Origin: Lysinibacillus sp.
Lineage (GTDB): Bacteria > Bacillota > Bacilli > Bacillales_A > Planococcaceae
Length of the DNA stretch: 61,766 bases
Direction: 5' to 3'
Assembly (NCBI GenBank): GCA_045605545.1
Contig: JAZUQF010000186.1
Coordinates: 1 to 61,766 of the forward strand
This document shows, piece after piece, positions 39,919 through 49,774 of the stretch (position 1 is its first letter; each line of letters starts with the position of its first letter). The translations under genes and the position numbers were made by a program. Below the pieces are notes generated by a model. The model was not told the DNA's origin, did no database searches, and saw only the letters and a list, made by a program, of their open reading frames with translations.

Positions 39919-41337
39919 ATGAAAATTGCAGTAAGTTTGTTTGGCGCGCTTTTAGTTGTCATCGGGGCTATGCTCTTCATGCAATATCAAGTGTATTCAG
40001 ACCAGGATATCCCGACGAATGAGGCCTATACGTACTCCCAGGAGATTGAGATTACGTATCGTTCAGGCAGCCTGGACATTCGCCATCACTTTAAAAACCT
40101 GCCGAATGATGAGCTGGCAATTGTTTGGCCGGATGCGGCGGTGGATAAGCAGTGCTTTTTGGAAGCAGAATATAGTTGTGCACGGCTGAGCGAGGATAAA
40201 TCTGTCTTCAAGGCAGGGGAGAACCGTTCACAGTCCATCTCCTATATCATCCCGGTCGAGGGAGGGCTGGCGGCTCAAAAGCTGATGAAAGACGTCTATG
40301 CATCACTGAAAAGCGGGGGCGTCCAATTTTCGACGGTACATATTTCGACGGACAGCACCGTGAATGGCCAATGGGTGACGGGGCTACCGATGATTGGGCA
40401 GCAAGCGTTGGCCCTTGTCAATTATTCCATGTTCAGCGGAACAGGGCAGGTTAGGGATTTATACTGGCAGAAGAGCGGTCTTGCATTGCAGAAGAAGACG
40501 GACGCCCTGTCGCTTTATGCAGGTGCAGGCCTTCCGGCAGATGTCTCTGGGGCCGTGGATGAACTGCCTTTATTGGGTGGGGAGCACGTTGTCGTCGTCA
40601 ATGGCGCAAAGCCGGCGCAGCCAGAAGGGTTTCGCATGCTGTTCATGCCCGTGCTGACAGTAGATTCCTTAAAGAAGGAAGTGCTTGTAAAGCAAGTTGA
40701 ATCGATGTATGACTTTGGAGATTCCCCACTATGGCTGAAGCATATGGTCGCCATGCATTTGTCCGGTGAAACGTTTGGGACGCCGCGTGCCAAAGTGGTG
40801 GTGGAGGAATTGAAAGGCCAGTTGTCTGATGGCCAGCTGTCCGAGTGGAAATCCCGTCTGGAAAATCTGATGGGAAGCAAGGTCTCTCCAGCAGTCTTGG
40901 ACGAAGAGTTATCCGAGATGGTGGGTAAATATACAAAATACTTCTCTATGAATGCAGATGCGGAACAAACGTATCCATTTATCTATAACGACAGGAGAAA
41001 CGTATATGTAGGAGAAAAGGAAATGGAAGATGTGGACGTCATCTTCTATGAAGGGGAAGTATTATATACGGCGGATGCATTGTTGCAGGCACTCGGCTAT
41101 AAGACATCGGTCGGCTCGAACGGCTATTATGTCAATAGCGAGACGCGTGCATTCCGCTTCCCGGACGATGAACACGGCTTCTACGTGTTCAATCAGCGCC
41201 GCTATAATACGGTGTCTCCACCGTGTTCAATCGTGGCAGGCACTTACTATATTAAGGAAGCGTGGCTGCAGCGCCTGTTCTTGGTGGAGCTGCAAAAGGA
41301 CGAGGAGTCCATTCGTGTTGCTGCAGCAGCACAATAA
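39919..41337 (+). CDS. Membrane-anchored exported hypothetical protein
   Basis: 472-aa ORF, RBS AGGAGG, N-terminal hydrophobic anchor. Confidence 0.8.
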   Translation: MKIAVSLFGALLVVIGAMLFMQYQVYSDQDIPTNEAYTYSQEIEITYRSGSLDIRHHFKNLPNDELAIVWPDAAVDKQCFLEAEYSCARLSEDKSVFKAGENRSQSISYIIPVEGGLAAQKLMKDVYASLKSGGVQFSTVHISTDSTVNGQWVTGLPMIGQQALALVNYSMFSGTGQVRDLYWQKSGLALQKKTDALSLYAGAGLPADVSGAVDELPLLGGEHVVVVNGAKPAQPEGFRMLFMPVLTVDSLKKEVLVKQVESMYDFGDSPLWLKHMVAMHLSGETFGTPRAKVVVEELKGQLSDGQLSEWKSRLENLMGSKVSPAVLDEELSEMVGKYTKYFSMNADAEQTYPFIYNDRRNVYVGEKEMEDVDVIFYEGEVLYTADALLQALGYKTSVGSNGYYVNSETRAFRFPDDEHGFYVFNQRRYNTVSPPCSIVAGTYYIKEAWLQRLFLVELQKDEESIRVAAAAQ

Positions 41338-41357
41338 TAGAAAGTTTGGTGAGATGT

Positions 41358-42414
<1,057 letters not shown>

Positions 42415-42494
42415 GGGAATGAGGGCTGTCCGTTTATCGGGCAGCCCTTCTGTCACGGGGAGCGTCTCAAAATGACTTTTCAGACGCTGTCTTT

Positions 42495-43334
42495 TCATGT
42501 AAAGATGAGGAAATATAAAAACGGAATAGCTATGGAGTAAAAGGTGCGCATCCATACATATGTCGAAAGTGGTATGGAGGCGGATTTCGCGATGACGGCC
42601 ACCTGCATATGGATGCTCAGGCTCTGCATCGTCAGGAACAAGACGATGACGACCCGCAGCAGATCTCCATCCATCAGTGTGTGGGCAGCATGGAGTCCAT
42701 TCGTCATTTCGAGCCCTGCTGCCAGGAATAGCAGCTGGCCGGATGAGAGGAAGCCTTCCGCCAGATTGTAGAGCACCGTATAGATGGTAGAGAAAAAGAT
42801 AATAGTGGAACCGACGACCAATACTGTCGGCACACTTTCTTTGACGCTGGATGTGAAAGCGTTCGGTATAACTGCTGAAGCTTTGGCCTTTTTAGAGTGG
42901 ACAGGCAGGAAAAAAAGCAGTATCAATGAAAATACATGAAGCAGAATTAAATACCGCACACTAAAGGCTACGTCGCCAAGTAAATCTTGTCCTACAAAGC
43001 CAATGACAAACAGCGGGCTGGGACAGTGGCAGATACCAAGCAGGATAGAGGCTTGTCTTTCTGATAGTTCGTCTCGTTCTCTCAATTGAGCAATGATGGA
43101 GGCGCCGGTAGGAAAGCCTCCAAGTGCACTTAATATGTATATTTTTAAATAGTTGAGACGACCACTGAGTGGTATCCGTGACGTCAGTTTCAATAGCCAG
43201 CTTACTAAAATCAAATAGGCAAGCAAATACGGGAATAATGAATCCATGAAAAGCGCCACGCCGATATCGGCACCTTCATGGGCTACTCCCGGAAAGAGGA
43301 GCAGCAGCACCAGCAGAAGGGAACAAACAATCAA
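42495..43334 (-). CDS. ylbJ: YlbJ/SpoVV-like sporulation membrane protein (short form)
   Basis: GGFPTGA, PSPLFVIGFVG, GLEMTNG, SIHMQV; position between coaD and ylbL; start uncertain. Confidence 0.75.
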   Translation of the reverse strand: MIVCSLLLVLLLLFPGVAHEGADIGVALFMDSLFPYLLAYLILVSWLLKLTSRIPLSGRLNYLKIYILSALGGFPTGASIIAQLRERDELSERQASILLGICHCPSPLFVIGFVGQDLLGDVAFSVRYLILLHVFSLILLFFLPVHSKKAKASAVIPNAFTSSVKESVPTVLVVGSTIIFFSTIYTVLYNLAEGFLSSGQLLFLAAGLEMTNGLHAAHTLMDGDLLRVVIVLFLTMQSLSIHMQVAVIAKSASIPLSTYVWMRTFYSIAIPFLYFLIFT

Positions 43335-43384
43335 TTGGAAGGTTAAAATTATAAAAATCCGCTCTTTTCAATATTTTGTCATCT

Positions 43385-43414
43385 AAAGTATGAAGTGCTA
43401 AACTAATATATGCA
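43385..43414 (-). promoter_or_regulatory. Putative SigE promoter of ylbJ
   Basis: Minus strand GCATATA-N14-CATACTTT. Confidence 0.65.
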
Positions 43415-43461
43415 CATCACCAACTATTTACGGTGGCCAACATGCAGGGGGTACTCGAACA

Positions 43462-44526
43462 GTGAGAAATAATAAATTTTCTTTTCTACTAGCAGTCTTC
43501 ATCGGCGTTATTTTGGCGGGCTTCCTGGCGCTGTATCCATTGGATCTGTACGTAATGAAGCCGGGGCATGCCTATAACGTTTCGGAATACGTAACGGTCC
43601 AGAATGGCGACGAGGATGAGGAGGGCTCATTCAGCCTGATGACGGTCTCCATGGCGAAAGCAACCCCACTAACGTATGTATATGCCAAATTCAAGGACTA
43701 TTATGAGCTGTTATCCATGAATCAGGTCCGGCAAGAGGAAGAGGATGATGAAGAGTACAATATCCGCCAGTTGAAGCTGATGACGGATTCACAGTTCAAT
43801 GCGCTCTATGTCGCCTTTTCGAGGGCTGGATTGGAATATCAAGTTACATTTAAAGGTGTATATGTCCTGAACGTCATTACAGGGGGCGCGGCAGATGGAT
43901 TGCTGAAGGCCGGAGATGAAATCAGGGAGATAGAGGGGCAGCGCATTGAAAGCCAGCTGATGCTTTCAGAGAGCATCGAGAAGCTTCAGGAGAAAGGGCA
44001 GAAGGAAATCGAGCTGGTCATCAACCGGAATGATGAACTGCTTACCAAAAAAATCGCCCTGAAGGAGATTCCAGGAAGTGAAGGGCGGATTGGACTCGGC
44101 ATCGTATTTACCGAAAGCAAGTCTATTAAAACGGATCCGAATGTCAATATCCAGACAGAAAGCATCGGCGGTCCATCGGCGGGCCTTATGTTCACGCTTG
44201 AGGTGATGGACCAGCTATTGGATGAAAATCTGACAAAGGGCTATGCGATTGCCGGGACAGGTGAGATGCATGAAGACGGGACTGTCGGCCGCATCGGAGG
44301 CATAGAGAAAAAAGTAGTGGCTGCGGACGAAGCGGGCATGGAAATTTTCTTTGCTCCTGATGATGAGGTGACAGAGGAAATACGCAGGGAGTATCCGGAT
44401 TACATGTCCAATTACGAGGCTGCGGAAAAAACGGCAAAAGAAATCGGTACGACAATGAAAATCGTACCGGTGAAAACAATCGATGATGCGCTCGAATATT
44501 TGGAGCAGCTGGAACCGAAAAGTTAA
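43462..44526 (+). CDS. ylbL: PDZ / Lon-like serine protease (SepM/YlbL)
   Basis: GGPSAGLMF, AGTG, IGGIEKK. Confidence 0.92.
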   Translation: MRNNKFSFLLAVFIGVILAGFLALYPLDLYVMKPGHAYNVSEYVTVQNGDEDEEGSFSLMTVSMAKATPLTYVYAKFKDYYELLSMNQVRQEEEDDEEYNIRQLKLMTDSQFNALYVAFSRAGLEYQVTFKGVYVLNVITGGAADGLLKAGDEIREIEGQRIESQLMLSESIEKLQEKGQKEIELVINRNDELLTKKIALKEIPGSEGRIGLGIVFTESKSIKTDPNVNIQTESIGGPSAGLMFTLEVMDQLLDENLTKGYAIAGTGEMHEDGTVGRIGGIEKKVVAADEAGMEIFFAPDDEVTEEIRREYPDYMSNYEAAEKTAKEIGTTMKIVPVKTIDDALEYLEQLEPKS

Positions 44527-45722
44527 AATCGGATGGGCGGGGTTTTTATATCCTCGCCTATTTTTTGCTTACTGAACAATTGTACACCCATTCCGTACAT
44601 CGTCGTCGCCTGTAGGTCAAGGGCCAGCATGTCGTCCTTGACGGAGGCGACGCGGCTGATGAGCGGCAGCACAATGAGCTTCTTGTGCATCGATAAATAG
44701 CGCTGGCCCTGTTCGGTCATGCCGAGCAGGCGGATGTAGGACGGCGCCTCGTGAGCCTGCAGCTGCTCCTTTGTTATTCCTGTATAAATATGTGACAGCA
44801 TACGCTGGAGCCTTGTCCATGTATAACGCTTGGACTTGAGACCAGTCATGAATTCCTGATAGCTGTCGCTTGCCTTTGCGTGCTTGATGATTGCATTTTC
44901 AAGCCCTTCCTGCACATCTGCATAAGCCGTCAGCTGTTTAGGCGTGTGACGAAGAATCGCAAATTTCAGAAGTGGCCATATTCTTTCCCAGGACATGAAT
45001 CCCCCGTGGGTCTCCCGCCAATCCTGCAGCAGTTCCCGTGAGGAGGCAGGGAGGAACTGGGCGACGTCCTGTCCTTCTGCCAGCGCCTTGCGGATGCCTG
45101 TTGCGCTGGCAATGTGCTTTTTACGATCGGCATCGTCATGGTAGCCGGCCTCGATGCGCTGGATTGTCGCCGGCCGGATATCGCTTTTCAGCTGATGGGC
45201 CGCTTCAATGTAATGAAAACCCAAAATATTGTTCGGCTGCGATAAATCGATAGTATCGGCCGGATGCGTTGCCTTTAGTTCCTCGTATGCACGATGGAGC
45301 GCCTGCGGATAACTGATGCCCGTCTTCATGGCCTGCTGGATGGCGGCATCATATTGCGGGCGGTTTGAATCAATCAGTCTGAATGTATTGAGAAAGGGTG
45401 TAATGGCTCCTTGCTCGCTTCCGAATGCAAATGAGGCGCATTTCATCGCATCGAGAAGTGTGATGGCACCCCGGGCAAACTCACCGGCCAGCGCCGTGCT
45501 GTATACATATGGCAGCTCGATGACGATATCGACACCACCGGCCAGCGCCATTTTTGTACGCGTCCATTTGTCAACGAGGGCCGGTTCGCCGCGCTGCAAA
45601 AACTGCCCGCTCATGACTGCTACTGCAATATCAGCGCCTGTCTGATGTTTTGCCTCCTGCACGTGGTGGAAATGGCCATTATGGAATGGATTATATTCCA
45701 CTACAAGTCCGACTGCTTGCAA
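44523..45722 (-). CDS. tmcAL: tRNA(Met) cytidine acetate ligase
   Basis: VEYNPFHNGH, MSGQFLQRGEPA, PNNILG, SATGIR; ylbM position. Confidence 0.92.
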   Translation of the reverse strand: MQAVGLVVEYNPFHNGHFHHVQEAKHQTGADIAVAVMSGQFLQRGEPALVDKWTRTKMALAGGVDIVIELPYVYSTALAGEFARGAITLLDAMKCASFAFGSEQGAITPFLNTFRLIDSNRPQYDAAIQQAMKTGISYPQALHRAYEELKATHPADTIDLSQPNNILGFHYIEAAHQLKSDIRPATIQRIEAGYHDDADRKKHIASATGIRKALAEGQDVAQFLPASSRELLQDWRETHGGFMSWERIWPLLKFAILRHTPKQLTAYADVQEGLENAIIKHAKASDSYQEFMTGLKSKRYTWTRLQRMLSHIYTGITKEQLQAHEAPSYIRLLGMTEQGQRYLSMHKKLIVLPLISRVASVKDDMLALDLQATTMYGMGVQLFSKQKIGEDIKTPPIRF

Positions 45723-45865
45723 ATGAATGCACCTCCCTGTAGAATTAGTGTTTATGCGAAGTAACTATTCACCACCCTATTTTACATGAATTTGGGGCGA
45801 ATAATTATAAGACATAAATTTATACTGATTATACGGGCGTTTTTTAGTAGTGACAAGAAATTATC

Positions 45866-45894
45866 TTGACATCTATTTTTGTTAGCTATATAAT
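45866..45894 (+). promoter_or_regulatory. Consensus SigA promoter of ylbN-rpmF
   Basis: TTGACA-N17-TATAAT perfect consensus. Confidence 0.85.
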
Positions 45895-45922
45895 CAACAT
45901 TGTTGTCTCGAGGTGATTACGA

Positions 45923-46456
45923 ATGAAATGGTCAATTCATCAATTATCGAAGTATCGCCAAAATGGGATGCCGATTGATGCAGAAGTGCAATTGGATGAA
46001 GTGATGAAGCGTAACAGCGACATTCGCGACATTTCACCCGTTCATGTAAAAGGGCTTTGTACTTTTGGTGCATCGCAAATGACTTGTCAATTTACGGTTG
46101 AAGCAACACTTACGCTTCCGTGTGCACGCACATGGGAGGACGTTGAGTATCCGGTCGAAATCGATGCAGTTGAGGTGTTCAGCTGGATTGATGAAGAAAA
46201 GCGCGGAGATGAGGACGGAGATATCCACTATGTGGATGGGGACGTCATCGATCTGAAACCAGTGCTGGAGGAATTAATTCTTCTGGAAATCCCGATGCAA
46301 GTATTCAAAGAGAATACCGAAGGACAAGTGCAAGGCGGGAAAAACTGGTCCTATTCAACGGATGAAGAAGTGCAGGCGAAACGTGAATCTGACGAACCAA
46401 AATTGGATCCAAGACTGGCTGCTTTAGCTAAGTATTTTGATCAAACAGATGAATAG
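45923..46456 (+). CDS. ylbN: YceD / DUF177 protein
   Basis: MKWSIHQL, LPCART, DPRLAAL; precedes rpmF. Confidence 0.92.
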   Translation: MKWSIHQLSKYRQNGMPIDAEVQLDEVMKRNSDIRDISPVHVKGLCTFGASQMTCQFTVEATLTLPCARTWEDVEYPVEIDAVEVFSWIDEEKRGDEDGDIHYVDGDVIDLKPVLEELILLEIPMQVFKENTEGQVQGGKNWSYSTDEEVQAKRESDEPKLDPRLAALAKYFDQTDE

Positions 46457-46479
46457 ATAATCTGTAAGGAGGTGCCATA

Positions 46480-46653
46480 ATGGCTGTACCATTTAGAAGA
46501 ACTTCTAAAACTGCAAAAAGAAAGCGTCGTACGCATTTCAAATTATCTGTACCTGGTATGGTAGCTTGCCCGAACTGTGGAGAAGCGAAACTTGCTCACC
46601 GCGTTTGCAAAGCTTGCGGACACTACAAAGGTAAAGAAGTAGTAGCAAAATAA
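46480..46653 (+). CDS. rpmF: 50S ribosomal protein L32
   Basis: Below ORF-track cutoff; [57 protein letters not shown]; RBS AAGGAGG. Confidence 0.98.
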   Translation: MAVPFRRTSKTAKRKRRTHFKLSVPGMVACPNCGEAKLAHRVCKACGHYKGKEVVAK

Positions 46654-46672
46654 TCCAGTATTTTGCGCTTAT

Positions 46673-46713
46673 AAAGGCGATATAAGAGGCCATGGCTCTT
46701 ATATCGCCTTTTT
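46673..46713 (+). terminator. Terminator of rpmF
   Basis: AAAGGCGATATAAGAG / CTCTTATATCGCCTTT plus T-run. Confidence 0.9.
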
Positions 46714-46723
46714 ATATTAGGGT

Positions 46724-46827
46724 CGACAGGACGTCGGTCACAAACCCGTTGCCACACGACGTGGCGTCCTTAGGGTTTGTTCCACCAGGTGGGGCGTCCA
46801 TCACAAACCCGTTGCCACACGACGTGG
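46724..46827. repeat. REP-like nested-hairpin repeat with two identical 27-mers
   Basis: TCACAAACCCGTTGCCACACGACGTGG at 46738 and 46801; ACAAACCC/GGGTTTGT stem encloses GCCAC/GTGGC hairpin. Confidence 0.8.
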
Positions 46828-46970
46828 TATACTATACATCCCCCTTTCACAAATGAAAGGGGGGGATTTTTTGCTTAGTATAATGAATATTCAAAAAGCT
46901 TTATTGTCAAAACTTTTTATGTCCGATACTATTAAGGATAGAGTCTTATAGTAGGATAATAGTAAAGGGG

Positions 46971-47747
46971 ATGGCGATGGTGGCTTATTTAATCGACAAG
47001 AAGGACGGTATTCTGACGTTCACAATCAACCGCGAGGAAAAACGTAATGCGGTCAATGATGACGTGATGGACGGCCTGAAGGAAGTAATTACATATGTAA
47101 GAGAGCATGATGATGTCCGTTTCCTTGTGGTGACCGGGGCGGGGGAAAGATCCTTCTGTTCAGGAGGGGACCTTTCTGTTTTTCATGCCCTTGAGACGGA
47201 AGAACAGGCATTTGGCATGCTGAGCAAGATGGCGGGTATACTCTACGACCTGGCGACGCTGCCTGTGCCGACTATTGCGCTGATCAATGGGACGGCAGTG
47301 GGGGGCGGCTGCGAAATAGCGACCGCCTGCGATTTTCGCTTGCTGGCATCACATGCGAAGGCGGGCTTCATCCAGGGGACGCTTGCCATTACATCCGGCT
47401 GGGGAGGCGGGACGTATCTCTTTGAACGTGGTCTGCGCCATGACCGGGCGTTGAAGATGCTTGTCGATGCAAAGCCATATGATGCGCAGACGCTCTATGA
47501 GATTGGATGGGCGACGCGTGTATACTTTGAAGGGACAAAGGAAGAAGCGCTGGACGACTTTATCGAGCATATGAGTAAAATCCATCCATCAGTTCATCAA
47601 GCCTATAAAGAGATTGAGCTACGGAAATGGCGTGAGCGTAATATGTATGAAAGAGTAATGGAAGAAGTGCGGACGTGCGCCAAGCTTTGGGAAAGTGAAG
47701 CCCATCACGAGGCCGTTAATAGCTTCCTGACAAAAACGAAAAAATAG
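46971..47747 (+). CDS. Enoyl-CoA hydratase/isomerase family protein
   Basis: FCSGGDL, AVGGGCEIATACD, GWGG. Confidence 0.9.
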   Translation: MAMVAYLIDKKDGILTFTINREEKRNAVNDDVMDGLKEVITYVREHDDVRFLVVTGAGERSFCSGGDLSVFHALETEEQAFGMLSKMAGILYDLATLPVPTIALINGTAVGGGCEIATACDFRLLASHAKAGFIQGTLAITSGWGGGTYLFERGLRHDRALKMLVDAKPYDAQTLYEIGWATRVYFEGTKEEALDDFIEHMSKIHPSVHQAYKEIELRKWRERNMYERVMEEVRTCAKLWESEAHHEAVNSFLTKTKK

Positions 47748-47756
47748 CCCGACTAG

Positions 47757-47796
47757 ATGGATTGTCTCTAAAAAGAAGGAGACAATCCGTTTTTTT
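47757..47796 (+). terminator. Terminator after enoyl-CoA hydratase gene
   Basis: ATGGATTGTCTC / GAGACAATCCGT plus T-run. Confidence 0.7.
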
Positions 47797-47849
47797 ATTC
47801 TAATTTTATGTATCTAGCATATAGTAGTAAAAAATGCGAGGTGAACAAA

Positions 47850-48230
47850 TTGGGAGAAAAAAGACGTAAAGATCAATGGACGACTGCCGATGATGAAAAA
47901 CTAGCGGAAATTGTAATCGGATTCGTTCAAAATGGAAAGACGCAGTTGGAGGCGTTTTCCCATGCCGCCGAGGCGCTTGGAAGAACGAAACAGGCATGTG
48001 GCTTCAGATGGAATAAAACGCTTCGGCTACAATATGGCCATGTATTGGATAATGTTCGCAAACGTCCAAAACAAATGATGCGCAGCCACTTGAAGCTGGC
48101 GCTGACTAATTTTGAAGAATTGACCGAAGCATATAATTCGCTTGATTTGAAATACCGTGAACTGCAGGCGGAGTATGATCGGGTAATTAAATGGCTGCAG
48201 CAGGGGGCCAGTTTCCTGAGCAAGGACTAG
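47850..48230 (+). CDS. gerR: RsfA/GerR family sporulation regulator
   Basis: W...DD..LAE, TQL.AF, ACGFRWN; ylbO position; CATATAGT -10 element upstream. Confidence 0.75.
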   Translation: MGEKRRKDQWTTADDEKLAEIVIGFVQNGKTQLEAFSHAAEALGRTKQACGFRWNKTLRLQYGHVLDNVRKRPKQMMRSHLKLALTNFEELTEAYNSLDLKYRELQAEYDRVIKWLQQGASFLSKD

Positions 48231-48290
48231 CAACGTTAAAATAGAAAACGGATGTCTCGAAATTGAACAAAATTTCCTTTATAATAAACG

Positions 48291-48317
48291 AAGGTCTGTC
48301 ACAATGACAGACCTTTT
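48291..48317 (+). terminator. Terminator-like hairpin after gerR
   Basis: AAGGTCTGTC-ACAAT-GACAGACCTT plus TT. Confidence 0.6.
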
Positions 48318-48344
48318 CATACGTTTTGCAAGGTGGGGGTTTAC

Positions 48345-49238
48345 ATGACAATCCAAATTCTTGGCGGGGGCTCTGTCGGGTTATTGATAGCTAGTTTTTT
48401 GATAGAAAAGGGTTTTGGTGTTGAAATAGTCGCTAAACGGGCTGAACAAAGAGAGGCTCTGCATACATATGGCCTTGTCCGTCAAGGTGCAACAGGTGAA
48501 AGAGAGGTCTTCAAGACTTCGGCTTCGGCAAACATTGCACAGCATCCGGAACTGCTTATTGTGGCGACGAAATATGATGCGCTTGCAGGACTTTATCCGG
48601 AGCTCGCCAAATTACCGGCATCCGTCCCGCTGCTGTTCGTGCAAAATGGTCTGGCGCACTATCAAGAGGCGATGCGCCTGCCTCAACGGCATATTGCATT
48701 CGGCAGTGCACAGTTCGGTGCCCAAAGAGCGGAAGACCATCTTGTCATCCATCGTGGCATCGGCGTGCTGAAGCTGGCTGTAGCACGTGGAAGCGTGGAA
48801 GAGTTTGCAGCGGTGGCCACATTGGATAGTAAAGCATTTCCTGTCCAATGCGAAGAAGAAGCGGAGAAAATGCTGTTGGAAAAGGCGTTGTTGAATTGCT
48901 TCATCAACCCGTTGACCGCTATCTTGCAAGTGAAGAATGGGGAACTGCTGACGAATGGGCATGCCTATTCTTTGTTGGAAGCATTGTATGGGGAACTGAT
49001 GGAAGCATTTCCGGACATGCGTACGCAATTTCCGTTCGATGGGGTCAAGGCGCTTTGTGAGAGGACTGCTGCCAATACTTCCTCCATGCTGGCGGACCGG
49101 CTGGCGGGGCGGAAGATGGAAATTGATACAATTGCAGGGGCCGTCATCGAAAAAGCTGCAGACAATAGCCGACAGCTGCCTACTTTACGCACATTGTATG
49201 GAATAATCAAAGCGTTGGAACAAGTGGAGGGGGGATGA
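48345..49238 (+). CDS. panE: 2-dehydropantoate 2-reductase
   Basis: GGGSVG, QNGL, K..LNCFINPLTA, SSMLAD..EID; ylbQ position. Confidence 0.9.
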   Translation: MTIQILGGGSVGLLIASFLIEKGFGVEIVAKRAEQREALHTYGLVRQGATGEREVFKTSASANIAQHPELLIVATKYDALAGLYPELAKLPASVPLLFVQNGLAHYQEAMRLPQRHIAFGSAQFGAQRAEDHLVIHRGIGVLKLAVARGSVEEFAAVATLDSKAFPVQCEEEAEKMLLEKALLNCFINPLTAILQVKNGELLTNGHAYSLLEALYGELMEAFPDMRTQFPFDGVKALCERTAANTSSMLADRLAGRKMEIDTIAGAVIEKAADNSRQLPTLRTLYGIIKALEQVEGG

Positions 49239-49241
49239 GTC

Positions 49242-49637
49242 GTGAAAGCATTCATTGAAGTGGTTGGCGGTGCAATTCTGGTTTGTCCGCTGATTGCGCT
49301 CATATTGATTTATATGATCAGCAGGAAAATGCGCATGAAAAAAATACATGCCGTCGGGTTTGCGGCGGACATTACAACTTTCATCCTCTTCTTCTCGGTG
49401 CCGCTCGCCTTCAAGAGCATCTGGGGAACATCATTCTCCTACCATCTCATTATCGTTGCACTGCTCATCGCCCTAGGGCTGACATTTCTGGATTGGCGCA
49501 CGAAGAAGGAAATCGATGTGCTGGTCCTGTTGAAAAAGATTTGGCGTATTTATTTTATTATGCTGAGTATTTTATATATTACTTCCTGGGTTGTCGGGCT
49601 TGTGTTGAACATAATCGAATATCTCAAGGGGAGTTAG
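49242..49637 (+). CDS. DUF3397-like membrane protein
   Basis: AADITT and KKIWR motifs; lies between panE and bshC. Confidence 0.75.
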   Translation: MKAFIEVVGGAILVCPLIALILIYMISRKMRMKKIHAVGFAADITTFILFFSVPLAFKSIWGTSFSYHLIIVALLIALGLTFLDWRTKKEIDVLVLLKKIWRIYFIMLSILYITSWVVGLVLNIIEYLKGS

Positions 49638-49774
49638 AGCAAAAAATTTTTCGTTGGCGAGTAAAACATATACAATAATACATATTCAAAAGTAAAAACA
49701 TGTTAGCATAGCAAACAAAACCGCTGGACGATAGAAAGTACATAGTCGGATTAGAAAGTAGAGGCGTTTATTTC

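Noticed and set aside
43335-43382. ylbJ nonsense mutation (ATG 43382, TGA at codon 5)
   Set aside because: That ATG has no RBS and lies upstream of the start site predicted from the SigE promoter
46738-46827. Mini CRISPR array (27-bp repeat, 36-bp spacer)
   Set aside because: Only two copies, the spacer pairs with the repeat (GGGTTTGT), and there are no cas genes in the window; fits a REP-like element
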